NCBI GenBank assembly: GCA_040755995.1
Contig: JBFMAF010000023.1
Location: 192,001-256,000, forward strand
Direction: 5' to 3'
DNA from: Acidobacteriota bacterium
GTDB lineage: Bacteria; Acidobacteriota; CAIWXX01
Length of the DNA: 64,000 nucleotides
Shown here: positions 9,071-19,891 of the stretch, piece after piece
Numbering within the stretch: the first letter of the stretch is position 1
Layout: each line of letters opens with the position of its first letter
Notes under the pieces: generated by a model
What the model was told of the DNA's origin: nothing
The model's database searches: none
The model's input: the letters and a program-made list of their open reading frames with translations, nothing else
Made by a program: the position numbers and the translations under genes

Positions 9071-10297
9071 TTACCCGGCGATCCAGCCGAGGCGGTCGAG
9101 CGTATCCTTGAGACACCGCGCTGTGTACGCGTGCCCGTTCGAGTTGTAATGGAATTCCCCGTTGCGCGGGAAGTACTCGCCGGGCACGGCTGTCATCCTC
9201 TCGAGCATGTTGAGATGGGGGATTGCCTGGACGTCGAGCTTCGGCGACAGCTCCGCGAAGTAGTCCCTCCGAACCTGATACTTCTCGGGTGCCACTACGA
9301 GCGACTTCAGCTCCGGCTGCACCTGGAAGTTGATCGGTATCATGACCACGATGAATCTCGCACCCCCATCGGCCGCCACATCTCGCATTCCTCTAACCAG
9401 CTTCATGAACAGCACTTCCTTGCGCCTGGTCTCCGGGTCGCTGACCTTCTGCATGATCAACGGGAATGGGTCGTCGAGCCCTTTCATCCGGATCTGCCGG
9501 TGCTTCGACGGCAGGTGCCTGGCCTGGCCGAACAGCGTCTTGTTCAGCAGAACCAGAAAGTGGCTTTCTCTCAGAACGGGGATTCTGTAGATGAACTCCC
9601 ATCCGGCGGTGCTCTTGCCCTGCGTGCGCGACCGAGGCCTGCCCCATTCGTCCGCGTACCGGTCGGGATCGACGATACGCACGGGCAGCCCGCGCTGGTC
9701 CTTTTCAACCCAGGTCTCTTCCTTGATGTCGGTGACGTCGTTTCCCACGAAGAACCCGTAGGTGACCACGTCGGGCTTGAATTTCATGCCCGCGTTCACC
9801 AGCCACGCGTACTGCTCATCCGGCGAATAGCCGTCAGCGAAGCCGGCATTGACGACTTCGACATTCTTGCCTTCACGTCGGTAGAGGCTTTCCAGCACGG
9901 CCGGGTACGACGCGTCATCGGCAACGAATAGCCCGAATGTGTATGAGTCCCCCAAGGCAAGGATGCGCTTCGTACCGGGCGGCTTCGCAAAGGCCGCCTC
10001 CCGGCCTCGCAACCCCATCGAGTTCGTCGTCACTGTGACCCAGCTTCCCGGGTCCTCCATCGACGGCTCCTTCACGACACTGTTCGGCCTCAGCGTGAGC
10101 GGGATGAAATCGCCGGAGCGCCACTGGTGGCCGACCAGGGTGACGAGGCTGGAGTAGGTCTGTTGAGGCACGATCAGCCGGACGGCGACCTCGCAGATCG
10201 CGAACCCAACGGCCGCGGAAACCAGGATCGCAACGAGCGCGAAGGCGGCCTTCCTGCCTCTGCCCGGCGCGGGCGCGGCAGCGGGAGCGCCGTTCAT
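9071..10297 (-). CDS. Membrane-anchored SGNH/GDSL hydrolase (possible polysaccharide acetylation/deacetylation)
   Basis: N-terminal TM; LGDSYTFG, VVNAG, GNDV and EFHYNSNGH blocks. Confidence 0.8.
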   Translation of the reverse strand: MNGAPAAAPAPGRGRKAAFALVAILVSAAVGFAICEVAVRLIVPQQTYSSLVTLVGHQWRSGDFIPLTLRPNSVVKEPSMEDPGSWVTVTTNSMGLRGREAAFAKPPGTKRILALGDSYTFGLFVADDASYPAVLESLYRREGKNVEVVNAGFADGYSPDEQYAWLVNAGMKFKPDVVTYGFFVGNDVTDIKEETWVEKDQRGLPVRIVDPDRYADEWGRPRSRTQGKSTAGWEFIYRIPVLRESHFLVLLNKTLFGQARHLPSKHRQIRMKGLDDPFPLIMQKVSDPETRRKEVLFMKLVRGMRDVAADGGARFIVVMIPINFQVQPELKSLVVAPEKYQVRRDYFAELSPKLDVQAIPHLNMLERMTAVPGEYFPRNGEFHYNSNGHAYTARCLKDTLDRLGWIAG

Positions 10298-10324
10298 CGG
10301 ATTGACTCGACCCCCTCCCGGCCT

Positions 10325-11692
10325 TCAGCCTTCGTACCTGGCCAGAGCCCGCCGGCGCTCTTCGTGACCCGGTCGGCCCATCAGTGCAAAGGTGTTGAGC
10401 TTGCCCTCTTCAACTCCCGGCTGGTCGTACGCGTTGACTCCGAGCATCTCTCCGGTGAAGGCCGTCTGAAGCTCGAAGAACATGATCAGCGCGCCCATGC
10501 TGAACTCGTCGACCCTGGGAATCGAGAGCGTCATGCTCGGCCGGCCGTCGGATGCCAGCGCGATCTCGGTGGCCCGCCGCTCGGCTCGCATGAGCTCACC
10601 GAGCGGGTGACCGCCCAGGTAGGCGGAGGACGGATACTTCTGGAGGTCCTTCGGGATCCGCGCCTCGCGCGACGACTTCCTCACGTCCAGGAAGAAGACG
10701 AACTTGTCGTCGGGGCCTTCGCGAAGGAGCTGCACCTGCGAGTGCTGGTCTATGGTGCCAATACTTCCTAAAAGCGTCTGCCCTGCGCCGACGATCCGTC
10801 CGTCGCGCGCCGTCCGTTTGCCGAGGCTCTCAGCCCAGAGCTGCCTGTACCAGTCGGCGAAGGATTGCAGGTTCGACGCGTACGGCATGAACACCTGCGT
10901 CCTTCGCCCGCGCTCCAGATAGCGGTACAGGACAAGCGAAGAAAGCAGCGGCGAATTCTCCGGCACCTTCGGCCCCATCCCCAGCTCGACCATGGCGCGC
11001 GCGCCGGCCAGCAGCTTCGTGACGGATGCGCCGAAGAAGTGCGCCGGAAGCAAGCCCACCGGCGTGAGCACCGAGAACCTCCCGCCCACATCCGGTGGAA
11101 TGGCGAAGGTGGCATATCCCTCTTCGCGCGCGAGCTCGAGCAGCTCGCCCTTGTGCGGATCGGTGGTGGCCACGATGTGCTGGTTGAATCTCCTCCCCAG
11201 GCCCTTCATCAGCCAGCGGCGCACGATCATGAAGTTGGCGGCCGTCTCGGCCGTCGATCCGCTCTTGCTGACGACGTTTACCAGGGTCTCGCGGGGATTG
11301 AGCAGGCGCAGCGTGCTGTCGACCAGGTCTGCGTCGACGTTGTCCAGGACGAAGAACCGGCAGCCTGCGCGCTGCCTCCCGAGCCAGTTGTGATACCAGG
11401 GGCGCAGCGCAGCGCAGAGCGCCTGGGCGCCGAGCGACGATCCGCCGATGCCAACGAGCAAGAAGTTCTGGAACCGCTTCCCCCGCGCGAATCGAAGGAT
11501 CTCCTTTGGGATGTCGAGGTCGAAGGGCAGCCTCGTGAATCCCACCTCGCCCGTTTCCGCACGCCTCTTCAGTGCGGTCAGGGCATTTGCAGCCAGCTCG
11601 CAGGTCTCTACCTCGGCGGCGGCAAGCCCGGTGGTGGGCAAGTACCGGTCGGTCGCAAACCGAACGTCCAGGGCCGGCAGTTGTCTGTTCAT
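10325..11692 (-). CDS. pgi: Glucose-6-phosphate isomerase
   Basis: VGIGGSSLG, VSKSGSTAET, GGRFSVLT, QLWAESLGK, DQHSQ, DQPGVEEGK. Confidence 0.95.
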   Translation of the reverse strand: MNRQLPALDVRFATDRYLPTTGLAAAEVETCELAANALTALKRRAETGEVGFTRLPFDLDIPKEILRFARGKRFQNFLLVGIGGSSLGAQALCAALRPWYHNWLGRQRAGCRFFVLDNVDADLVDSTLRLLNPRETLVNVVSKSGSTAETAANFMIVRRWLMKGLGRRFNQHIVATTDPHKGELLELAREEGYATFAIPPDVGGRFSVLTPVGLLPAHFFGASVTKLLAGARAMVELGMGPKVPENSPLLSSLVLYRYLERGRRTQVFMPYASNLQSFADWYRQLWAESLGKRTARDGRIVGAGQTLLGSIGTIDQHSQVQLLREGPDDKFVFFLDVRKSSREARIPKDLQKYPSSAYLGGHPLGELMRAERRATEIALASDGRPSMTLSIPRVDEFSMGALIMFFELQTAFTGEMLGVNAYDQPGVEEGKLNTFALMGRPGHEERRRALARYEG

Positions 11693-11892
11693 CGCTCTTG
11701 TTCCTCCGTTCGCAAGCTGTCGGGACGAGACGCCGATATCGAGTCCCCGCACCCGCTCAGGGCTTCTTCGCGGGTACCCGGCGCTCTGTCACAGCCTTTC
11801 GATCAACCTGCGTCATCTTCGGGCGATTCTTTATCGTGCGACTCACTATCTTTCCGAGCTTCTGATTCCTGAAGGGCTGCTTCATGGCGTGT

Positions 11893-13938
11893 TCAACGCT
11901 CCTGCGTGAGCTGGAAGATCGTCTCCTGCCTTCTCATGTCCACGGCCACTACCTGCACCTTGACGCGATCTCCTATCTTGATCCTCTTCCGGCCCGATTT
12001 TAGCACAAAGCTCCCTGGGTCGAGCTCCCAGCGCCCGGGCATGGAATCCACCCTGACCTTGCCTTCGACATAGAGCCCCTGGAGATCGACGATCAGATGA
12101 TGCGCAGAGAAGCCGATGACGGTCGCGTCATAGGTCTCCCCGAGCCGCTTGCGCATGAAGCGCGCCACCTTCCACGCGACGATCTCTCGCTCTATCTCCT
12201 CCGCATCTCGCTCCAGCCGGCTCACAGCGGTGCCCAGAGCCTCGAGATCGGTCCCTTTCGACGGCTCCGCGGCCGACACGGCCGCGCGGAGAGCGCGATG
12301 CGCCACCAGATCCGGATACCGGCGGATCGGTGAGGTGAAGTGCAGGTAGGAGGTCTTGGCGAGGCCGAAATGCCCCAGGTTGAGCGGGGTGTAGCGAGCG
12401 AGCATCAGGGCGCGGAGGATCCTGTAGGTCAAGAACTTCTCCTCGGGTCGATCCTGTGCGTTCTCGATTGCGCGCTGGAAATCACGAGGCTCGGGGTCGG
12501 GGAGTTGGATCGCCGGCACGCGGAAGATCTCCAGTATGTCGTTCAGCTCCTCCACCTTCTCCGCCTCCGGCGGTTCGTGCGCACGATAGAGCACCTGGGT
12601 GTTCGAGGCATACAGGTGGTCTGCGACGGCCTCGTTGGCCGCAAGCATGAATTCCTCGACGAGCCTGTGCGTCGAAAGCCGCGGGTACGGCGAGATGTGA
12701 ACCAGCTCGCCGGCCATGTCGAAATGCAGAAGCGGTTCCGGGAGATCGAAATCCAGGCTGCCCCGTTGGCGCCGGAGGTCGCACATTCTTTCCGAGAGCT
12801 CCTTCATCCCCAGCAGCGCGTCGAGTATTGCAGGGGACCCCGATCGTTCCTCGATCATCCTGTTGGCTTCCGTGTAGGTGAGCCTGGCGGCGCTTCGGAT
12901 CACGCTCGGGTAGAACTCGGCGCCGATCACCTCTCCACGCCGGTCCACCTCCATCATCACACTGAACGCAAGTCGATCCACACCGGCACGCAGGCTGCAA
13001 AGATCGTCGCTCAGACGCGGTGGGAGCATCGGTACAACGCCGCGTGGGAAATAGACCGAGCAGCCGCGCGAGGCCGCGTCGCGATCCAGCGGCGAGCCCT
13101 CGGCCACGAAGTACGAGACATCCGCGATATGCACGCCCAGAATCCAGGTGTCCGCCGATCGTCCCGGTTGCAGGCTTACCGCGTCATCGAAGTCTTTCGC
13201 ATCGTCAGGGTCGATTGTGAAGCAGAGCAGCTCCCGGAAGTCCTTGCGACGCCGGATCTCTGAAGTGGGGATCTTCTCGGTGTAGCTCGCCGCCTGCGCA
13301 CGCGCCTCATCGGAAAAGTCCACGGGGCGGCGGTGCGTCTCGAGCACGATCCGCTCTTCGATGCCCTCGTCGTCAACGTGCCCGAGCACTTCCACCACAC
13401 GCGCCGTACGCTCGCCGCGAGCGTAGTCCAGCGCGACCCGAACTACCCGACCATCCAGCTCACCGGCCGGGCCCTGCGTGAGCTCAACCTCCTCCATCGT
13501 CCTGCGGAACGGCAGAAGCCAACAGGCCGGCCCACGCCTGCTCACGATGCCCAGCGTCGTGGCGAGCCGCTCGGTGACCCGCATCACCTTGCCAGCGGTT
13601 CGCTCTGGGTGAGTGAGATCCACCTCCACCGTGTCGCCGTCGCGGGCCCCTGCGCGGAGCCACTTCGGGATGAAGATGTCGCTCCCGCCGGCCCTCGGTC
13701 TCACGAATCCGAAGCCGCGGCCGGTCTCCATGAATTCACCCGAGATGGGCGGCCGGCGCAGCTCCAACCGGCCCCGGCCGCCTCGCACTACCACCTCCTC
13801 CCGCTTCAACTCGCGGAGCAATCGCTTGAAGGCGGTCATCTCCCGCTTGGTGACGCCGAGGAGAGTCGCGAGCGACCTTGCGGACACCCCACCAGACCTC
13901 TTCATCGCATCGAGCAGTCGCTTCCTGTCCGGCAGCAT
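11893..13938 (-). CDS. rnr: Ribonuclease R (RNB family)
   Basis: N-terminal HTH and cold-shock region; TIDPDDAKDFDDA; HFTSPIRRYPD; C-terminal S1. Confidence 0.93.
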   Translation of the reverse strand: MLPDRKRLLDAMKRSGGVSARSLATLLGVTKREMTAFKRLLRELKREEVVVRGGRGRLELRRPPISGEFMETGRGFGFVRPRAGGSDIFIPKWLRAGARDGDTVEVDLTHPERTAGKVMRVTERLATTLGIVSRRGPACWLLPFRRTMEEVELTQGPAGELDGRVVRVALDYARGERTARVVEVLGHVDDEGIEERIVLETHRRPVDFSDEARAQAASYTEKIPTSEIRRRKDFRELLCFTIDPDDAKDFDDAVSLQPGRSADTWILGVHIADVSYFVAEGSPLDRDAASRGCSVYFPRGVVPMLPPRLSDDLCSLRAGVDRLAFSVMMEVDRRGEVIGAEFYPSVIRSAARLTYTEANRMIEERSGSPAILDALLGMKELSERMCDLRRQRGSLDFDLPEPLLHFDMAGELVHISPYPRLSTHRLVEEFMLAANEAVADHLYASNTQVLYRAHEPPEAEKVEELNDILEIFRVPAIQLPDPEPRDFQRAIENAQDRPEEKFLTYRILRALMLARYTPLNLGHFGLAKTSYLHFTSPIRRYPDLVAHRALRAAVSAAEPSKGTDLEALGTAVSRLERDAEEIEREIVAWKVARFMRKRLGETYDATVIGFSAHHLIVDLQGLYVEGKVRVDSMPGRWELDPGSFVLKSGRKRIKIGDRVKVQVVAVDMRRQETIFQLTQER

Positions 13939-14123
13939 GAGGAGAGCACTCTACCGGATCGACGGCCCTGCGGCAAGCGTGGGCCCGCAGAGATTGCGCA
14001 GATTGGAATGAACACGGAGATGACCCGCGCGCTCAGAGCCGGTCTGAGGTGCGGATGGATACCCCCGGTCGACTCCGGGGCGGTGCGGCCGGCTGGGCGG
14101 AGCTGTGGTATAGTTGGGCCCCG

Positions 14124-14876
14124 ATGGCGCTTGAAACGAGACCGTCGGTGACCGCGTTCTTCCCGGCGTACAACGATGCGGGGACCATCGCTTCGATGGT
14201 CGTGAGCGTGTATTCCACGCTCGAGAGGCTCGTCGACGACTTCGAGGTCCTCGTGATCAACGATGGCAGCCGAGATCACACGCGCGAGGTGCTTGCCACG
14301 CTCGAGAGGGCGTTTCCGCGGCTTCGCGTCATCGATCACGATACGAACCGCGGCTACGGCGGGGCGCTCCGCAGCGGCTTCTTCGGGGCCAAGAAGGACC
14401 TTGTCTTCTACACCGACGGCGATGCGCAGTACGACCCGCGCGAGGTCGAGCTGCTGCTGGCCAAGATGCGCAACGGTGTGGACATGGTGAACGGCTGGAA
14501 GATCTCCCGCTCCGACCCGCTCCACCGCATCATCATCGGAAAGATATACTGCTGGTTGATGAAGCTCATGTTCCGGATAAGGCTGAGGGACATCGACTGC
14601 GACTTCAGGCTCATAAGGAGAGGAGTGTTCGACGACATCCAGCTGGAGTCCTCCAGCGGGACGATATGCGTCGAACTCGTGAAGAAGATCGAGCGGGCGG
14701 GCTGCAGGGTTGAGGAAGTCCCCGTCCATCACTTCTTCCGCGCCTACGGGAAGAGCCAGTTCTTTAACCTCAGGCGCCTGTTCACAACTGCAGTCGATCT
14801 GACGAAGCTCTGGATGCGGCTGATGATCCATGACCGCCGCCGGGACACGGGCGAGCCCGCCCGTACGGCCCGCTGA
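14124..14876 (+). CDS. Glycosyltransferase family 2 (polyprenol-phosphate glycosyltransferase-like)
   Basis: FFPAYND, INDGSRD, NRGYGGA, TDGDAQYD, DIDCDF. Confidence 0.9.
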   Translation: MALETRPSVTAFFPAYNDAGTIASMVVSVYSTLERLVDDFEVLVINDGSRDHTREVLATLERAFPRLRVIDHDTNRGYGGALRSGFFGAKKDLVFYTDGDAQYDPREVELLLAKMRNGVDMVNGWKISRSDPLHRIIIGKIYCWLMKLMFRIRLRDIDCDFRLIRRGVFDDIQLESSSGTICVELVKKIERAGCRVEEVPVHHFFRAYGKSQFFNLRRLFTTAVDLTKLWMRLMIHDRRRDTGEPARTAR

Positions 14877-14958
14877 ATCCTCCGTCGCCGGCGGATGAAG
14901 CCTCCGCCCTGTGGGGCAGGCGCGGGGACGCGGTGAGGGGAGACGCGGAGAAGGACCG

Positions 14959-16182
14959 CTACCGGCTGCTGGCAACAGCGGCTTCGTAGAGCGCCTCGAT
15001 CCTGGGGATGACAGCATCTGGGCTGAAGTGAGCCTCGACACGTCTTCTCGCCGCCGCACCGAGCTCCAGCGCCCGCGCAGGGTTCATGGCGAGACCCCGG
15101 ATGGCCGATGCGAATTCGGCCACACTGTGCGTGAAGACTCCGCTGACCCCGTCCTCCAGTATCTCCCGCGCGCCGCCGTTTCCCTGATCGAAGACCACGC
15201 TGGTCCGGCCTACTGCACCGGCCTCGATGACTACCCGCCCCAGTGGCTCATCCCAGCGCCCCGGAAAGAGGTTGAACTGCCCGCCCGCGAGGAGATCGAT
15301 CATTTGATCGCGTTCCAGCCAGCCGGTGATGCGCCCCTGGACGCGTCCCGAGGCGATCTCTGTCTCGATCAGCCCGCGCAACGGGCCCTCTCCTATGAAC
15401 ACAACCGGCAGACCGCATGCGGCCGCGCGCAGCGCTTCGAGCAGCTCACCTATGCCTTTCGAACAGGTGAACTTGCCCGCATACGTGATGTAAGCGGGTG
15501 CAGTCGTCTGCCCGGAGAGTGGGGCCGGCCGGTCCAGTGCCGCGAAATTGGGGATCACCGTTATGCGATTTTCGGGAAGGAACGACAGGAGCTCCTGTTT
15601 GAGCCGGTGCGAAATCGAGATGACAGCTGTTGCGCCAGCGATCGACTCGCGGACGCGCTTCAGATAGCGGCGGACGTACGGCATCATGGCAGGCGCCGCA
15701 GGGGCGAGCGCATGGATGTTCGCCGAGAGACACCGGATGATTCGCCAGGGCGTGCATCCCTCGCACCTGGATTCTCCGCTCATCTTCGTGCCCCAGAAGC
15801 AGACCGGCCAGTAGTCGCGAACGGTGATGGCCGACGGGATGCCGCAGTCGCGAGCCGCGTCGATCGAGGCCGGGCCGGTCTTGACGTGCTGGGCATGGAC
15901 GATGCCGAAGCGCTCGCGAGCAATCAGCTCCGCAGCGAATCGGCGGAACCGCCGCGGGAATATCTCGCGATCGGCTGCATGCCGGAGAAGAGGGACGGAG
16001 GTTTGCCATGCGGGGAAGCCGATCTGAGGAATCCCCTCGAATTCGGGCTGATCCGGAGCGCCCGGCCTCAGGACGGACACATGGTGTCCGCGGGCAACCA
16101 GCGCGCGGGTCTGCTCGTAGGCACTCCACCCCGATCCTCCGCAACGTGGAGGGAACGCATCGGTCACGAACAGAATGCGCAT
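14959..16182 (-). CDS. Glycosyltransferase family 4
   Basis: FPPRCGGS, KGI, EPLGRVVIEA motifs. Confidence 0.88.
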   Translation of the reverse strand: MRILFVTDAFPPRCGGSGWSAYEQTRALVARGHHVSVLRPGAPDQPEFEGIPQIGFPAWQTSVPLLRHAADREIFPRRFRRFAAELIARERFGIVHAQHVKTGPASIDAARDCGIPSAITVRDYWPVCFWGTKMSGESRCEGCTPWRIIRCLSANIHALAPAAPAMMPYVRRYLKRVRESIAGATAVISISHRLKQELLSFLPENRITVIPNFAALDRPAPLSGQTTAPAYITYAGKFTCSKGIGELLEALRAAACGLPVVFIGEGPLRGLIETEIASGRVQGRITGWLERDQMIDLLAGGQFNLFPGRWDEPLGRVVIEAGAVGRTSVVFDQGNGGAREILEDGVSGVFTHSVAEFASAIRGLAMNPARALELGAAARRRVEAHFSPDAVIPRIEALYEAAVASSR

Positions 16183-16213
16183 GGGAGACTCCTACGCGCG
16201 AGACGCTGCGCGC

Positions 16214-16894
16214 TCAGCGTGACAGGCGATAGCGCAAGAGCGTGTAAATCACCATCCAACCGTCGCGCCATCCGATCTTCTTTCCTTCCTCGTGAGTCCG
16301 CGCTCTGTATGTGATCGGCACCTCTTTGATCGGGATGTGGCGTCTGAGCACCTTGGCGGTAACCTCGGGGCAGAACTCGAAGCGGCGGCACCGCAAGTCG
16401 AGATCCTTGAGCAGGTCGGTGCGGAACGCCTTGTAGCAGGTGGCCTCGTCCGTGATGTTGGCACGGAAGAGGACATTGGCAAACCAGGTGAAAAACCGGT
16501 TGGCGATGCGGTTGATGAGGCGCATCTGCTCGATGCGTCCCAGAAAACGCGACCCGTAGACGACGCTTGTCTCCGGGTCCTGGAACGGAACGAGCATGTT
16601 CGAGTACTCGTTGCAGTCGTATTCGAGGTCGGCGTCCTGAATGATCACGATGTCGCCGGTGACATGCTGCAATCCAATTCGAATCGCCGTCCCCTTGCCT
16701 CCGTTCCTCTCGGCATGCACGACTCGCAGCCGCGGCTGGCAGTCCATGGATTCCAGTATCCGTCGCGTTCCGTCCGTCGACCCGTCGTTGACGACGACCA
16801 CCTCGAGGTCGAGAGGGAGACTCAGAGTGCGCTCGACGCACTGGCGCACGGTTGGTTCCTCGTTGTAGACAGGCAGGATAACCGACAGTTTCAT
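16214..16894 (-). CDS. Glycosyltransferase family 2 (Dol-P-Man synthase-like)
   Basis: PVYNE, VNDGSTDGT, GKG, QDADLEY, TCYK, GKKIGWRDG. Confidence 0.9.
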   Translation of the reverse strand: MKLSVILPVYNEEPTVRQCVERTLSLPLDLEVVVVNDGSTDGTRRILESMDCQPRLRVVHAERNGGKGTAIRIGLQHVTGDIVIIQDADLEYDCNEYSNMLVPFQDPETSVVYGSRFLGRIEQMRLINRIANRFFTWFANVLFRANITDEATCYKAFRTDLLKDLDLRCRRFEFCPEVTAKVLRRHIPIKEVPITYRARTHEEGKKIGWRDGWMVIYTLLRYRLSR

Positions 16895-16952
16895 CAAGCG
16901 CCGATTCTACTAGAACCCGTGCAGATCAGACAAAGAGAATCTCGCTGGTGTA

Positions 16953-18116
16953 TCAGCCATGCCAGAGTAGGAACGGCACACGGGGCTCGACCAGGATGCC
17001 CGCGATGGAGACCAGGCTGAAGGCGCCGGCTGTCGAGACGCTCAGGAGATCCCAGGAGCCGGGTTCGTCATCGAGACTCAGGAGCAGCAGCGGGAACACA
17101 GGAGACAGGTACCGGCTGATGTTGATGATGCGCCAGCAGTCCTCCTTCAGAAACAGCGCGAAGACTACGTAATAGAGGATCAGCAGCGGACACACGGCCA
17201 ATCCCTTTCGAAGCTTCAGGAGCTGCGTGATCGTGATGACGGCGACAACTCCGACGAACAGGAGCGGCGCGACGTCATGGTAGACGAACTGCCGCCAGGG
17301 GAGCGCGGGATTCAGGTGGCGGATGACGTCGAGAATCCCCTGGAATGGGGCCGCGAAGACCTCGGCCGCGTCTGTAACCGCGCGAGCGCTGTAGTGGACC
17401 GCGACAAACAGCAGATAGGCCGCCCAGGGCAATGGGGATGCCGCCAGGATCAATGCCGTCTTCCACTCGCGCCTCGCAAGAGAAGCAATGGCCAGCCCGA
17501 GCGGGATCACGAGCGTGTACTCGTTCGAGAGCAGCGAGAGAGAGAAGCATGCAGCTGAGAAGACCGGTCTCTTCCGATAGAAGAGGTAGATGCCGGCGCA
17601 GGCAAGCGAGAGCGAGAGCGGGGTCGTCAAACTGTACTTGACGCCCACGATCTCCGCGATCGAGAGCCCATAGACGATCGCAAACGCCGGCGGGCGGCGC
17701 AACAGCTGGAGGGTCGCTGCAATGGCACAGGTACCGGCGGTGACCGCGATTAGGTTGATGACAAGCATGGTCAATGGCAAAAGGTCGCGCCGGCCCAGTG
17801 CCAGAACGTGGGACAGCAGCGGATACAAGATCCGCTTCAGCCGGTACGGCACCGCGTACTCGGGGCCCGGGAACGGATCGACGGCGACGAAGTAGTTTTC
17901 CTTTCCGTCGAATCCGGTGCTCTGCGTGAGAACCACCAGCCCGTCGGTCATTCGGTCGGCATTCAACGCTGCCGACGCCCGGTTGATTCGAATGAAACCG
18001 CTCACGTGCCAGTCGAACTTCGAGGCGATGACGGTGGCGAGCAGGACGTGGACGCACGCGACCATGACTGTCGTGTGCCGAACCGATACCCCTCCGAGTC
18101 TCTTCAGCTCCGGCAT
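16953..18116 (-). CDS. Multi-pass membrane protein, GT-C-like cell-surface glycopolymer protein (AZOBR_p60025-like)
   Basis: GFDG...YFVAVDPF...YRLKRILYPLL motif, many TM segments, located among GT genes. Family name is from recall. Confidence 0.6.
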   Translation of the reverse strand: MPELKRLGGVSVRHTTVMVACVHVLLATVIASKFDWHVSGFIRINRASAALNADRMTDGLVVLTQSTGFDGKENYFVAVDPFPGPEYAVPYRLKRILYPLLSHVLALGRRDLLPLTMLVINLIAVTAGTCAIAATLQLLRRPPAFAIVYGLSIAEIVGVKYSLTTPLSLSLACAGIYLFYRKRPVFSAACFSLSLLSNEYTLVIPLGLAIASLARREWKTALILAASPLPWAAYLLFVAVHYSARAVTDAAEVFAAPFQGILDVIRHLNPALPWRQFVYHDVAPLLFVGVVAVITITQLLKLRKGLAVCPLLILYYVVFALFLKEDCWRIINISRYLSPVFPLLLLSLDDEPGSWDLLSVSTAGAFSLVSIAGILVEPRVPFLLWHG

Positions 18117-18117
18117 G

Positions 18118-19620
18118 TCACCTGCGAGATGCCCTCGCGGGCACCAGATGTCGCAGAGATCGCGCGGCGCGCCGGCTGATCTGCGCAAGATGGTGCGGGT
18201 TCAGGCAGAGGCGGGCATATCGCAGCAGTGTGGTCGGGCTGAGCAGCACATGATGGAAGAAGAAATGCCGGTCGCTCTCCCGGCGGATGCGTTCCCAGCC
18301 GGCAAGAAGCTCCAGCGGCGCCAGCGCCTCGCTGCGGACGTACGGTGTGGCTCCAACCCGCACCCGCTCGTCAATCATCAGCGAGTAGATGTCTGCGAAC
18401 TGCAACAGCCCCCTGGCCTCGGCGGTCTTGTAGAACTCCGTCTCCGGGTACGGGAACGCCATCGTGAGGTGCACGTTATCTGCATGCAGATCGTTGATCA
18501 GGTGGAGCGTATGATCGAGAGTCTCTCGGGTCTCCCACGGCATGCCGACGATCACGTCTACATGCGCGGCCATGCCGGCGGCCTGAGTGTCGGCCACCAC
18601 ACGCCGCACGACATCGTCGCCGAAGTTCTTGTGATTGGCCGCCCGGGATTCCGGGTCACCCGCCTCGAGCCCGTACTCGATGTGCCGGCAGCCCGCCCCC
18701 GCCATGCTCTCCAGAAGCTCCGGCGACACGCAGTCCATCCTGGTGAGACATCTCCAGAGCATCCCGAGGCGCCTCTCGATCATCAGCTCGCACAGCCTCG
18801 TTGCGCGCTTCTGGTCCAGCGTGAACGTCTCGTCCCAGAAGAACACGTTTCCGACACCGTGACGATTCTTCACATGCTCCAGCTCCGCCACTACCCGCTC
18901 CGGCGACATCGACCGCCACCGCCGGTCGTAGCCGCGATAGACGCTCGTCCCGATAATGCAGAAAGGACACAGGTACGGGCAATCGCGGGTGGTGCGCATT
19001 CGAATCCCCGGGACGATCCTCTCGTAGCGGGGGGCGGCGAGATACGAGATCGAATAACGGTCCACAGGCAACAGGTCGTAAGCCATGAACGGTATCGAAT
19101 CCAGGTCCGGAGCCGGTTGCGCCGGCGGGGTCGCCGCGATTTCCCGGTCTCGCCGGTAGGCGATCCCGAGAACGCTCCCGGGCTCGCGGAGTCCCCGCGC
19201 TAGCGCCGGCAGCACCACCTCGACCTGCCCTCGCACGATGAAGTCGATCTGCGTGAAATCGTTCAGCATGCGCTCCGGGTACAGCGGCGCCAGCGTCGTC
19301 TCGACCAGAGCCACCTTCGCCTCGCGGCCGAACTTCCGCTTCACGATCTCGCCCACCCGACTGTCGCCGCGGATCAGTCCCGCCGCCGACTTGTAAACGA
19401 AAAGATCCGCTGCCGGGAGCTCGCGTTCCAGTCGCACCCAGTCCCAATCGAGTGCGTTGGCGTCGACGATCTCGACATCCGCCGCCTCGCGCAGCATCGG
19501 CGCCACCGCGGCGAATCGCAGGGGAAACGGCGTGTACGGGACGTTCTGAAAACAGATCTCGTCACGCAGGGTCCTCATGTGAGGATGCGACTTGGGCGGC
19601 ACCACCAGCACAATCTTCAT
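18118..19620 (-). CDS. B12-binding-domain radical SAM protein
   Basis: CPYLCPFC (CxxxCxxC), DETF, YGLEAG, VGMPWET; N-terminal cobalamin-binding-like region. Confidence 0.9.
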   Translation of the reverse strand: MKIVLVVPPKSHPHMRTLRDEICFQNVPYTPFPLRFAAVAPMLREAADVEIVDANALDWDWVRLERELPAADLFVYKSAAGLIRGDSRVGEIVKRKFGREAKVALVETTLAPLYPERMLNDFTQIDFIVRGQVEVVLPALARGLREPGSVLGIAYRRDREIAATPPAQPAPDLDSIPFMAYDLLPVDRYSISYLAAPRYERIVPGIRMRTTRDCPYLCPFCIIGTSVYRGYDRRWRSMSPERVVAELEHVKNRHGVGNVFFWDETFTLDQKRATRLCELMIERRLGMLWRCLTRMDCVSPELLESMAGAGCRHIEYGLEAGDPESRAANHKNFGDDVVRRVVADTQAAGMAAHVDVIVGMPWETRETLDHTLHLINDLHADNVHLTMAFPYPETEFYKTAEARGLLQFADIYSLMIDERVRVGATPYVRSEALAPLELLAGWERIRRESDRHFFFHHVLLSPTTLLRYARLCLNPHHLAQISRRAARSLRHLVPARASRR

Positions 19621-19756
19621 GACCCCGCTATCCTCGGGGTTGGTTCAGAGTCGCGCCGCATCCGTGCCCTCCATGCAGAACGTGAAAGCGTAACAGAAAG
19701 GCACCTGCCTGACCAGCCCGCCTTTGCGCCCGAACGCCGCGGGAGGCACGGGCGCG

Positions 19757-19842
19757 AGCCCCGGAGGGGCGAGATATCGGTAGCCCAGGGCGTGAGCCCT
19801 GGGTTGCGACGTGCACAGGACCGGCAAGCCCCGTAGGGGCGG
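19757..19842. repeat. REP-like palindromic cluster
   Basis: AGCCCCGGAGGGGCG, then GTAGCCCAGGGCGTGAGCCCTGGGT, then AGCCCCGTAGGGGCG: three hairpins in an intergenic gap. Confidence 0.65.
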
Positions 19843-19891
19843 CACAACGGGACGGCCATCGGAGGGAGCCTATGTCGTCGCTTCTCCGCCG